Shown one piece after another: positions 1 to 11,482 of a stretch of 64,000 nt of DNA. The stretch is from Oikopleura dioica (Eukaryota; Animalia; Chordata), in contig OU015566.1 of assembly GCA_907165135.1 (NCBI GenBank), positions 12,400,001 through 12,464,000 on the forward strand, in the 5' to 3' direction. A program made the position numbers and the translations under genes. The stretch's first letter is position 1. The number at the start of each line of letters is the position of its first letter. The notes beneath the pieces are model-generated. The model was given only the letters and a program-made list of their open reading frames with translations, ran no database searches and was not told the DNA's origin.

Positions 1-1350
1 AGTTGCCATGATGCGATTCTCCAGGCTCAGATTATCTTAATTAAAGACGTAAATCAAGCGCAAATCTTTCAAAAATCAAAGTATGAAGGGGCAAAATCCT
101 CCATACTTGAGCGCTGGCTTCAAGGAAGAGTACCTGTGGCATCATTCGCGAGCCCATTCATCATCCCCATTAAATTCCTCCCACAGAGCTCCCGACAGCC
201 CAGCCTGCTTCTGGGCACGCCCTCAGGCCAGGCCTGCGGCGGCGCGACGGGATAGTCCATCTCTTCTTTCAAATCAGTCTCGTTCTCATTCTCAAAAACT
301 GCGCCAATTTCGTTCCATTCAAACTTCGACTTTTCCGCGATCGCTCGGTCTTCATCGTCGAACATGCCAAAAAGGATCGGAATCAAGAGGTTGAAAAAGG
401 AGTACCGATCGCGATACGTCTTCAAATAGTCGACCACTTCGATCAGCAAAGCCATTCTGACTGTAGCATTTGTATCGAAGGTTCGTTGAACGAGAATGCT
501 CATGTTCTTTCGCAAATGCTCGGGAGCGGCGATTTTTAACAACTGCCAAGTGCTAGTGACTGTGCTTGCACGAACTTTGGACTGCTGATGATTACTGGAG
601 GAGAACAAAGCTGGAAGCATGAATTCAGCGTATTGATGGAAGTTGTAAGGATAAGTGGCGATCATGTGGCGAAGAATTTCGTTGGCGACAAGGCGAGCAG
701 TGACGAAAGGATCTGCCAGGGTTCGAGAAAGAATGAGCGAGATTTCAGGCATGTAGCCAGGGATCACTTCTGGGTGGTTTTTGATCACTAAAATTTAGTG
801 GTTGGGTTTGAAAAGTTGCGGACAAATTACCTCGAAATATAAGCCTCAGCTGCTCAAGACGCAACTCTTCGCAATCTTCCACGATTCTCTCAGTGCCAAG
901 TCTCGATTCAAGCGTCGGAATCAACCCAGCAAGGAGATTAGGATTGTTGAGTACATCAATGAGCACTTCAATATTTTTCGTGGCGTCGGTTCTGATCGAT
1001 TCGGAATCATCAGCGAAAAGTCGACAGGTGAGCTTCACGATTTGAGGAAGGACTTTCACGTCGCTGAGGACTTCGTAAGGTTCGGAATTGATCACTTTTG
1101 TAAGAATACGAGATCCTTCTTTTCTCTGCGCCCGGGTGGCATTTCTATTGGACTAATGGACCGATTAGGGATGGAAAAAGATGACTGTTTGTACCTGAAT
1201 CTGCTCTGCTTTTCTCAAATTTCCTTCAACTTCGTAGAGATCGTCTTTACTTGCTCCAGAGGGGGCGTTTTCCGGCTCACTTTCTTTCAGAACAGTCACT
1301 TCTTCCTTCTGCTTTTCTATTTCTTCTGTTATCTCTTGAAAGGTAACCAT
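1..1350 (-). CDS. DNAAF5: Dynein axonemal assembly factor 5 (HEATR2), 5' part; gene runs off the window start
   Basis: Spliced ORFs (GT-AG introns at about 1152-1194, 788-830 and 39-134) give LIPTLESRLG..EDCEELRL, YRDRYSFFNLLIPILFG and ENETDLKEEMDY..SRLGCRELC, matching HEATR2/DNAAF5 HEAT-repeat motifs. ATG at 1350. Confidence 0.85.
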
Positions 1351-1558
1351 TTTCGCCCTTTTTCCGATTCCCAAGGGACAAAAGGGCTTTCCAATTCTTC
1401 TTCCAGCAGCAAACGCGCGCTGATTGGACGGACTGGAGAGGACCGCGATTCGCCGAGCAACGCGGTTGAAATCAATAATTTGGCGACTTTTTCGCTGCCT
1501 GGTGAGCTTTTTCTAAAGAAAATAAAAGAAGAAAGGAGTAACTAGAGAAACGAAGATC

Positions 1559-2070
1559 ATGGCGTGGCTGAGCTTTATGCTAGTGACGATTCTATGGGGA
1601 CTGGTCGGAATAGGAGCTCCTATGATGGTGCCTTCAAGTCCTCAAAAGGTAAAACGCAATTCCTAGAATTTTGTGACGCTATAATTTGAGATCTTGCAAT
1701 TTTTTCTTTGATATTTGGGCCTAGAACTGTATCTTCGTAAATATAGAGATCAAATTAGTTGGAATTTTCGGCGAAAAATGACAATTTTGTAATTCTACGG
1801 TCAAATTTCGAGATTGAAAGGAGCGTATTTTTCTTATTTCAGAACTGATAATTATGACAATTTTGAGAAGTTATAGTTTCTTGTATCATCTTGTATTCCA
1901 AAATAACTATTTGATTTCAGTTCCTGATCCAGACGATGTTAATCATGACCGCTGCGTGTTGCTGGTTGCACTGGCTGATCGCCTGGATGTCACAATTGAA
2001 CCCCCTCTTCGGCCCCGTTTTGAGCAAAGAAGCTTCGGAAATCATCCGCTGGAGCTGGGAAGATAAATAA
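1559..2070 (+). CDS. ATP6V0E: V-type proton ATPase subunit e
   Basis: Exons 1559-1648 and 1921-2070 (phase-0 GT-AG intron) encode MAWLSFMLVTILWGLVGIGAPMMVPSSPQK/FLIQTMLIMTAACCWLHWLIAWMSQLNPLFGPVL.., including the diagnostic QLNPLFGP motif. Confidence 0.93.
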
Positions 2071-2394
2071 AACTAGGCTCACCAATTATACCAATTTTGT
2101 TCGTCGAAAATCAAAAAAGGAGCATCAACTTACAGAAAAAAAGCAACAATCTCGTCTCGTGCAATATTGAATATTCAACCATCTTTTTGTTCATCATATA
2201 GTCGCTAAATTTACGATTTTGAAACCTGCAAATTTCATCTTTTGCAACTTTCCTATTTTAGTCAAATTTCAATTTCCATGTACATATTTATTCTCTGTTT
2301 TACTTTGCATTCTCTCTCTCTGTTCAACCGAATAACCATATTTATGCAGAGCGCATTCAATAATAAACTACAAAAATAGCCGAAAGTTTGCGAT

Positions 2395-3815
2395 TCACGC
2401 CGATTTATTTTGCAAAATTTCGTGAATCCAGCGAAGATTTTTCAACGCAGCGGTTTTCATGTAGATTCCAGGACGATTTACTTCGCCACAGCCTTTTCCG
2501 TTGCTGATAACTCCCATGATTGTCCACTTTCCGTCGATCATACAAGCAGCCCCTCCGCCTGAATCTCCTAAAGAAAGGTCTTCACCAGCTTTCGATGGGA
2601 TCTCATACCTTGGCAATCTCCGACGACTCCTGCTGAGTGTCCAAAACAAAGCTCATTTTGTTTTACCACTTGCTTTTCTTCATACTCCCCTCGCCTGGCT
2701 AAAATTCGTATCTACCTAAGACCTTAAAATACTCAGTAGAAGAAGCGTTTATATTTGAGTATTTTATATCTTACTTGAAAGTTGTATATTACAATTTCTC
2801 CTCGGATAATTCCTCAAGACCGCCGCGCCCAATTTGTCCGGAGAACTTCCATCTTTCTTCTGCCCAAATCCAGAAACGATGCATTTGCTGAATCTCGGCA
2901 ATACGAAATTACGCACAGGCAAACAGGCTGGGCGAACGTAGGATGTTTGTTCAAATGGATGATCTGTCTTCAAAATAGCCAAGTCGTAAGAAAGAGTTGT
3001 TGATTTGTACAGCGGATGTTTGAATTTTTCGTATTGAATGTGGCGGACTTGATGAGATTCTTCCTGGCGGTATTCTTTGTATTTTCTATTCAGGTGGCCA
3101 GCAGACGCGAAATAGACTGTTGGCCATCTATCGATGCAATGAGCTGCTGTAAGAATCAAATTCAAGGAAATCAAAGACCCGCCGCAGAAAATGAAGCCGC
3201 CTCGAGTTGATGAAAGACCAACATGCCAGGGAATACGCATTGGTTGAAAATTGTGTCCGTTTTTGGAGATTTCTAGTGAAGAAGAGTCATTTTTGCAGGA
3301 GCTTTCTTTCTTGCTGTGTAATGCCATATCATAACTTGTTCCATTTATTTTCGAATTCGCTCCAAAAGTGACTACAAGTCGTCAAAAAGATTGAAACTTT
3401 CAAGTTACCGATATCGCTGAAGCCCATTCTTATTTTCAACCTGTGATTCACTTTTATCGTCGAAGAACATGCCGTGAATTTGCCACAATCACCGTCTGAG
3501 CATGCTGGAATGCTACAGTATCCAAAGTTACATTCTTCTGGGTTTTTAACTGAGCATTTATGAGAGCTCTGGCCGGTAGAAGTGAAACACCAAGGAGCAA
3601 AACCGTCGTCATAATTTCTGCAAAGCGCAGGTTTTGAACCCCTTTCGATGCAATTTAGGCCTAGAAAGAGTGATATTCCTTGAAAAACTTTTTCAAGAAC
3701 CTGCTCGTGTTATATTTTTGGTTCCTCGATATTGAAGTCCTGTCGGATCATTTTGCTTTAGACACTCTCTTGCAGCTGCTAGAATGCCGAAAATATGGTA
3801 AAGTATGTTTCTCAT
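2395..3815 (-). CDS. Secreted kringle-domain trypsin-family (S1) serine protease
   Basis: Signal peptide MRNILYHIFGILAAA; kringle motifs YRGTKNITRAG, FCRNYDDGFAPWCFT and YCSIPAC; catalytic triad LTAAHC, YDLAILK and GDCQG/DSGG after removing a ~41-nt intron near 2580-2620. Confidence 0.85.
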
Positions 3816-5470
3816 GAATCGGCCAAAATGAGAGAAAGGAAATGACTCATTTCAAATGAGGTCTCTTTTTTGAGAAAACAAACTTTGAAAGATGGCCGTT
3901 AAGGGTGTCCCCAACGATCGAGGTCGAGAGTGTCTAATTCGGTGACTCAAATTTTTCTTTTTATTTAGAAAATTCTGATTCCGAACCTTTTTTCAGATCT
4001 TCAATATCTTATCTACTTCTCGAGATATGGCTTTTTCTATGAGCGCGTTAATGCATTAGCCTTCGATAGAAATGCACTGTGAAAATGGCTATTTTGAAAT
4101 TCTCAATTAAGTGTAGCAAATTATATATCTCCTGAAAGCTTGAAAAATTTGCTTTCTGCTGATACCATTTTCAAAAAGATCCGATGAATTTTACTTATTG
4201 TAAGAGCGCGTCAAAACTCGAAAACACCTGCTCTTTGGCGCCGAAAAAGGGGATTAACCTACTTATCGGTGCATAATCTGAGCTCATGAGAGCCTTGTTG
4301 AAGGATCGAACTATGTTCAGACTGAAATTTGGACAAAAAAATCAAGCGAAAAGGGCCTTCAAATTTGGTTCAAATTTTGTTAAAATCATCAATTTATATA
4401 TTGTATATTTATATATACATTTGATAAAATTATAAAAAATCTGTCTCGATTAATGCAGAGAGAAGTGTTCAAGCAACATGATTCTTTTCGAAATTTGAAA
4501 TTTGAACGAGAAGATTTCAAGAAAAACGATCTCAAAGTTACCCGAGATTACAGAAGTCGACCTTCTTTGAAGCGGCGGTAGGGGATTAACGGATCAAAAT
4601 TTACGAAATCGGTCTCGATTAATGCAGAAAGAAGGGTCCAAATAATAATATTCATATTGATTTTTTATGTAAAAACTATCCGATTAGTAGAATTATTAAC
4701 TCAAAGTTGATCCTGTTTCAAAAAAATCGTTGGGGACACCCTTAAGATTGGTCTGGTGAAAAGAAACGACAAAAACTACAAGAAGAATCTTGTTTTATTG
4801 CAGTAAGGAAGATAAGGAAAAGTAAATGTATTTACAGAAACGGAATTTGTGTTTGGTTGGAAGGACTCCCAGCGAGAGGTAGCGCAAAAGGAATGAGACT
4901 GATGAAAGCTTGGAATTACAGGAAGTACGCCCAGGTTTGCGGTAACTGCTGGGAATAATTCCGTGCAAGGGTTTTCAAAAAGCCCATTTGGGTTGAGCTG
5001 GGAGTCTTTCAATGACGGAAAAGGCTTTGGTGAAGGCGTGTGGAGTTGAATTCATGTAGTAAGTATAAGTAGTAGCACAAGAAAGAGATAAGGTTCGAAA
5101 TATAACGAGAAAGCAATATGAAACTTTACTGAAAATTTCATAACTTCATAAAATGGGTGATATTTTTACACAGACCGAAAAGATCAGCATTTTCGACTCT
5201 CACTCATCAGGATCATGATGATTTGAACAAAGAGGGTTGAAAATGTTGAAGATTTCGTTCTTAGCGCGTGTAGAAGGGAAATAACTATCCAATTTGGGAT
5301 TTTGGTGTAGCCAAAGCGCGGCTAGAATTGTCCAAAAACGATAGGGTCACAGTTTTTTCTCATTCTTCGAAAGAAAAATGCCTCGAAAGGGTCGGAGAAT
5401 TTTTCATTCAGAAAAAATCATTGAGTTTTTATGCCTATTGATAAAAGGCGGGGATGAATCTTTTGGAGGA

Positions 5471-8400
5471 TTAGTTGCCAAGAGGATTAGTGGGAACTCC
5501 AATAGCGAAGTTGTCGCAAGCATCATTACAAGGAGAACCTGTCATGTCGTCCTCGGCGACGCAGACCTGGATGTCGCAGTGGACATGGACGGTCGAGTTG
5601 GTCATTGGCTGGTGGTTCTCATCGATAAACTCGAAGACGGTGTACGAGTATCGATCGAAGTCCTTGGCGGCGCAGGTAGCGGTAGAACTGAACTCTTGCC
5701 AATTACAGTAAATGCTGGAGAACTTACGTTGCGTCAAAGTAGAACGGTTCCCATCGTTCGATGCCTGTGAAAGGCTCTGGGTTATTTCCATTGGTCCAGA
5801 GATTGTAGTCGAGGGTCAAATCGTTGTTCCAGACGGTGCACTTGGTAGCACGGAAAACAGTGTTGGAAACAGATGGGTTCTAAAAACGAATCAGTAACGT
5901 AAATTTGTCTTTGAGCTAAATTACCTGAGTGATAGAGAAGTACATCTTCTCTCCGACTCGGAATGGACCAACAGCTGGCTCAGCAAAGGCATCAGAAGTG
6001 TAGAGATCGAGCTGGAAGGCGAAGGTTCCGATGTTCTCGCCATCATGGGAAGCCATGGTACTGGTAACATTGACGTCGGTATCACCGATGTTGACATTAG
6101 CGCTGTAGACGCAAGAGAACTCCTGGTTCATTCGAGTCTTCATGTTGATCTTAGCGTTCATGTCGATGCCGGATGTGATTGCATTGGTGAAGGTGATGGT
6201 CTCGAAGACATCATCGTAGGCGACAGTGGTTCCGCACTCGTCAAGTTTGACTTCGACTCGGTATCGATCACCCATGGGAACGATGTGGTAGCTAGTCTCG
6301 TTACAGTTCGAGTCCAAGAGGTTGAGATCTTCGGCATTGGTGAAGTCAGCAGCGCTGAAGTAAGCAACCATTCGGTCGGGGTAGCATTCCATTCCAGTGA
6401 GATCTGGAATTGGCTCGCAAGTATTGAAGGAGGTCAGGAACTCGCCATCTGGGCACTCGCAGTATCCAGCGGGGTTACAGACGTCGGTGCATCCTCCGTT
6501 GTTGACGGAACAATCCCAAGATGGTCGTTCGCAAACGAATCGTGCCTTGGTAGTGCAAGCTTGAATGACGTACTTGTCGGTAGAATAGTCCCAGAATAAG
6601 CAATCTCCCACGTTGAGAGTAGCACCAATAAGGTTAGACTGAGCTTGTTGGATAGCATTGTTGATGGCGGTAGCAATCATGGAAATGCTACAGTCTGGGT
6701 CGCCAGGAGTAGCAATCCAGCCGTTGTTGGCATCAATGTAAGCACCAATTGGTGTCTGGGAAAGGGTATCAGTGCAAGTGACACCATCGAAGAAGCACCA
6801 GTCGGTACCTGCATCGTTGACTTTGTAGCCAGTGTAGACTGTGTCGGTGATTCCTGGTTCAAAACCGTCTTTTTCGATCTGCCTGAGTCGACCGTGGGCC
6901 TTGCTCCACACGTTCATGTACTCACTGCAGTCGGTATAAGAAGAAGCGGGAGTGTACATGTCGACTTCTTCGTTGAACAATTGTCCACCATGAGCCAAAC
7001 AGACTGCAGCAGCAGTTTCGAAGTCTTCTTCCTCGACGGAGATACCAGTGTCGATGATGAGACCTTGCTGGTTGGAAACTTCAGTGTACTGGTTTCCGGT
7101 ATCAGAGTCCCAAACGATGGTTGGCTGATTAGCTCTGGCGATGTAGCTGTCGAGAGCGATGAAGTTTCCATTCCCACAAGTGACGGTGTAGTCGCTGAAG
7201 TAGCAATCAAATCCTCCCTGGTTGGTGTATCGAGAGGTAGCAAATCGCTGAGTAGCATCGTTACATGCATATTTCTTGCCAGATTGAATGAGGCCGTAAG
7301 GAACTCGGAAATATTCCTCGCAGAGGATGATTGTTACACCCTTTTTGAAAGCATGGAAGTTCAAGTTGCTAAAGCTGGTAAATGGCTCAGGCGAGATGTA
7401 AATATCGTGGTTCAGGTCGAACTGGGGTCGGAAGAGCCAACCAGTTGGATAGCCTGTGAAATCACAGATAGTACCATCCCCGTTGACGTCGTCGAATCCG
7501 TCGGGACAGACGCAGCTGTATCCAGGATCCAAGTTGGTGCACTGAGCGGCGACAGAGCAAGTGTTGTCAGCGCATTCGTCGACGTCGGAGCAACCGCCAT
7601 TGACATCATCGTAGCCGTAGCCTTCCTGGAGACATTCACACAAGAATGTACCTTTGAAGTTCTTACAGGTACTGTCGGCAGTACATCCACCATCGTTAGT
7701 AGCGCACTCGTCGATGTCAACACATCTATGGTTGATGATATCATATCCATCATCACAACCGCACTGGTAGCTAGAATACGAGTTGACACATTCTTCGGTT
7801 GTTGCGCAAGCATGTCCAGTACCCTCGCCCAAACACTCGTCAGCATCGACGCACTCGTTGTTCTCGTAGATGAATCCATCGGGACATGGCTTGTAGCTCG
7901 CAGCATAATTGAGTACGATTCCGTAGTTCTGAACGAGATCATCGGTGATCAAACCCATTCGGAGCTCGTAGGTTTGCGAGTTCTGGCCGGCGTAGTCACC
8001 AAGATTGTTGATGCCGAGGAGACTATCGTAGTTGTAGTCGTAGTCGACATTGGTGGGATCAGCGAAGGCATCATCGAATCCGCAGAATGGGCCGATGGCG
8101 TTATCATCGGCGTCAAAGATGTAAACCTAGATAAAACAGAAATTGTTTTGCATTGGCAGCTTACCTGGTCGTGTGAGCAGAGACCGTCGTCAGAGTGATC
8201 GACCTCAAACTCAGCGAAGCTCCAGTCCACATGAGTGGTCATATTACCTTCAGAATACCGTGAAAATTATCCCAAGATTACACATGACAGCTTACCCGAC
8301 AGAGAAACCCGAAAAGCATAGACGGAATTTGCTGCGTAGTGGTGTGGTGTGGAAAGTTGCCCAGCGACGTTCGCATCCCTAGAAAGAGTTCAATTGAAAA

Positions 8401-8578
8401 TTATTTCACAGTACGTTACTCACGCTTCAAGAACGGTGCAACTCGGCCCGCCAGATCCGGCAAGGCAGTCCAGAATCGACTGCGGATCTGCGCCGTGGGC
8501 AATTCCAGCACCAAGAAGAGCGAGCTAAACATTCTCTTTACATCAAAAATTCAAGTGTAAAAATCTTACGGTCTTCAT
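5471..8578 (-). CDS. Secreted CUB - 3x Ca-binding EGF - C-type-lectin-like - EGF - ZP domain protein (oikosin/uromodulin-like)
   Basis: Micro-exon ATGAAGACC (8578) splices to signal peptide LALLGAGIAHGA. CUB motifs HHYAANS, HDQVYIFD, GPFCG and LITDDLVQNYGIVLNY. DxDEC cbEGF repeats, FETAAAVCLAHGGQL lectin-like segment, and ZP domain from MECYPDRM to VHVHCDIQVC. No C-terminal TM segment. Confidence 0.85.
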
Positions 8579-8791
8579 GGTGAGAAAACTGCCTTCAATT
8601 ATTTTAAGCGGCACCCGACTACGCTGAATCTAATGCGCTCTCTTTAAATGTGTCGGTGAGATCTGTTGAAAGGTCGGCAAATGCAATTGCTAGGAATTTA
8701 TGCATTTGACAAAAACTCAGAAATGGCTGAATATATTTACAGATGGTTTTATTTACAAATTCTACAGAATCACTCAAAAAGCCTGTTGTTC

Positions 8792-11108
8792 TTATTGAGC
8801 TTGATTGATCGCCGATAACGAGTGATAAGCGCCTCCATGATTATTTGGTACTTTTTGTCGTAGCAGACTGACTGATTCTTCGGCTTTTTCTGGCGAAGAA
8901 AGCCTATCAAAGGATCCAAGACAAAGAAAGGGGGAAATTTTATGTTCATTATTGTGGATCCTTTCTTTTGGGGACGGAATTAAATTGAATGGAGAAGGCA
9001 ACGAGTCATGATTGTTGAAATACGCGAGAATAAAGTCTGTTTTCGCGTACTAAAATGATGTTATTTGAACACTTGTATTCGCGATACCTTCCAAGATTGA
9101 TCCTGTTCCTCCTGTACATTTGTCAAAGTACTTTGAATAGCGGAAATGACCAGTTTAGAAACAACGACGACCACCATCATATGCTGAAATCGCGATATTC
9201 ATTAGCGGAAAAGTCAAAAATCATCGACATATTAACAACGGACTCACATAAAGGGCAAGCATGAGCGATGTGACGTGTTTGGTGGTTGCCACACCGGGGA
9301 TTTCCGTCAGAGGAATATTCGCTTTCGAGTAGATGAACCACTTGAGCGCAACGATGGAGCTAAAATAATTGCCGAATATTCTTGCTTTTCATTCGGATCG
9401 TGAATTTATTAGCTCTTGAAATCATAAACGAGTATCGTTCTAATTTGACCCTATCCGTCAGTGTCATCAATATTAGCATACAGCTGCGCAAGGCCAAATC
9501 CAAAGGCATGAACGACTAACAACATGAGACTCAGGCATTTCCATAAGGCGCCAAGGGAAAATGAAAACGATATCTGAACTGGTCCAAAAGTTCTGTGAAT
9601 CACGTAGAACGATAAAAGCTTCAAAAAAGCCAGTAGAGTGGAAGTTGCAAAAGAAGCTTCAGCCAAAAGAGTCGGATGATAGCCAGACCATTCTTTGACG
9701 GGAGTCGTATCAGATCCATAGTGATAGAACGCATATGCTTTCATTACATAAGAAAACGTGAAAGAGCCAAAGAAGGTGATATACAGTAGTGAGCCCTGTC
9801 TAGCTATGTATTGCTTGAGCCCGTGATAGTATATGTTCTTTGCATCGTGCCAAAGTTGACCAATAATCCAGAGGATGATCAGCCAGTCAAGACAGTTGAA
9901 CGGTGGGCCCGCAGTTTCTCGCGTATGGTAAAATGGGGTGAGTGAAATAAAAAGCAGAAAAGTGATGTAGGAGGCAAGTGAGCAGACAAACTGCAAGATT
10001 GGAATGTTGAGCATCTTCCCTGCCTCAGAATTCGGGGCAACGAGATAAGCAATGGACCAGAGGGGCCAAAGAAGACCGAGGACGAACCAACACGCAGTCC
10101 GAATCAATCCCGATTGACAGATTAAATACGACAGCTCTCCGTACCAAACTCGATTGATGACCTGTTGGCAGTTCGCCTGGCTTAGAAATTTCACCTGCTT
10201 GTATTTCAAGGCTTTTTTGAACAACTCAAGCCGCGAGTAGCGATTTGTGTGATTTAGTTTGAGCAACGCCTCCATTTCGTGGCTGCTTCGCGCGTGGCTG
10301 ATCAGGTCGAATGTGAATTTGTCGACGATCTTTACCAGCTCCAGATACTCTTCCCGGAACTCGATTTCGATCATGGACAGCTCGTCGAACTCGTGTGACA
10401 GCTTGAACGCTGCTTGAATCGGGTCCTTTTCAGTCAAAATGAGCATTGCTGGAGAACAACGGGCTTTATTCACATCTAAGCGGAACCGACTGAGTCTTAG
10501 TGAGTCTTCTTCCGTCTTCGTCTTGCAAACTTTGCAACCACAACCGACCCGATGCGTTCTTGGAATCGTATTGCAGCCGTTTTCGAGCAGAATTGAAAGA
10601 ATCTCGTAGTAGTTTTTCTGAGCGGCGAGAAGAAGAGGGGTCATTTTCATTTGAGAATAAGCTTGCTCGGATTTGATGATTTCCAAGGTTATCTGAGCCA
10701 CAGTCGTTGTTTTGTTTTGCTCATTTTCCAGGAGATATTTCACAACTACATGTATGTGAATAATTTTAATTCTCTGAACATGGCCCTACCTTCGATTGAC
10801 CCAACATCGACCGCTTTCAAAAGCGCCCTAGAATAAAGCATCGGCCAAACTTGAAATAGAACTTGAATCACTGTAATGTCTCTCAAAACAACAGCATATT
10901 CAATCGGCGTTCTTCCCAGATCATCCTTGAAATTCATCAGTTTCTTGCTCTCTTTGTGCTTCAAGATTTCGCCAATCAACTCTGTATCCGAACATCTGAT
11001 GGCGCGGAAAAGGAGTCTCGCGAAATCTTTGATGTCCATATTTCTCCTGATGCTTTTTCTGTTCTCTTTGGATAATCCTGCAATGAGGACATTTGCCCTT
11101 GAGGACAT
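8792..11108 (-). CDS. TRPC-family transient receptor potential channel (divergent); start codon uncertain (11108 or 11244)
   Basis: Ankyrin repeats (GRTPIEYAV, TPLLLAAQKNYYEIL), TRP_2 domain (HRVGCGCKVC..DSLRLSRFRL..DPIQAAFKLSHEF), KFLSQANCQQVINRVWY, multiple TM segments, TRP-box-like SWK/YAK and LPSPFNLIPSP. Confidence 0.85.
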
Positions 11109-11310
11109 CTCATCACCGAAAAGTGCTTTCAATTTCGATTAACTCACCGCAACAAAACACTTTTGCGTATTGATTTTTGAATATATGTGACTTCTGCTGA
11201 TCCCTACTGTATTTTCTTCTTCCTTGTTTCTTACTGAGCTTCATTGAATTCTTTTTAGGGGAAGAACTGCAAGTTACAGTAGGCAACAGTGAAGATAAAA
11301 TCAAAAAGTG

Positions 11311-11383
11311 AGCCTAATGCGGGGCTCGAACCCGCGACCGTTGGATTAAGAGTCCAACGCTCTACCGACTGAGCTAACCAGGC
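11311..11383 (-). tRNA. trnK-CTT: tRNA-Lys, anticodon CTT
   Basis: Reverse complement is GCCTGGTTAGCTCAGTCGGTAGAGCGTTGGACTCTTAATCCAACGGTCGCGGGTTCGAGCCCCGCATTAGGCT: complete cloverleaf with A and B boxes, followed by a TTTTT terminator. Confidence 0.97.
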
Positions 11384-11482
11384 CCGAGGAGTGCTCAGAA
11401 TTGAAAATACTTATCCTAGCACTTTTCTAGAGCCCTCAGTGAATCACTTGTTGATGTTCTAAAAGTACCTCAGTTCGTTGCA

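Noticed and set aside
6045-8198. Long + strand ORFs (184 and 517 aa), plus similar ORFs at 802-1545, 36935-37837 and within the collagen
   Set aside because: Antisense or alternate-frame shadows of codon-biased real genes; no independent motifs.
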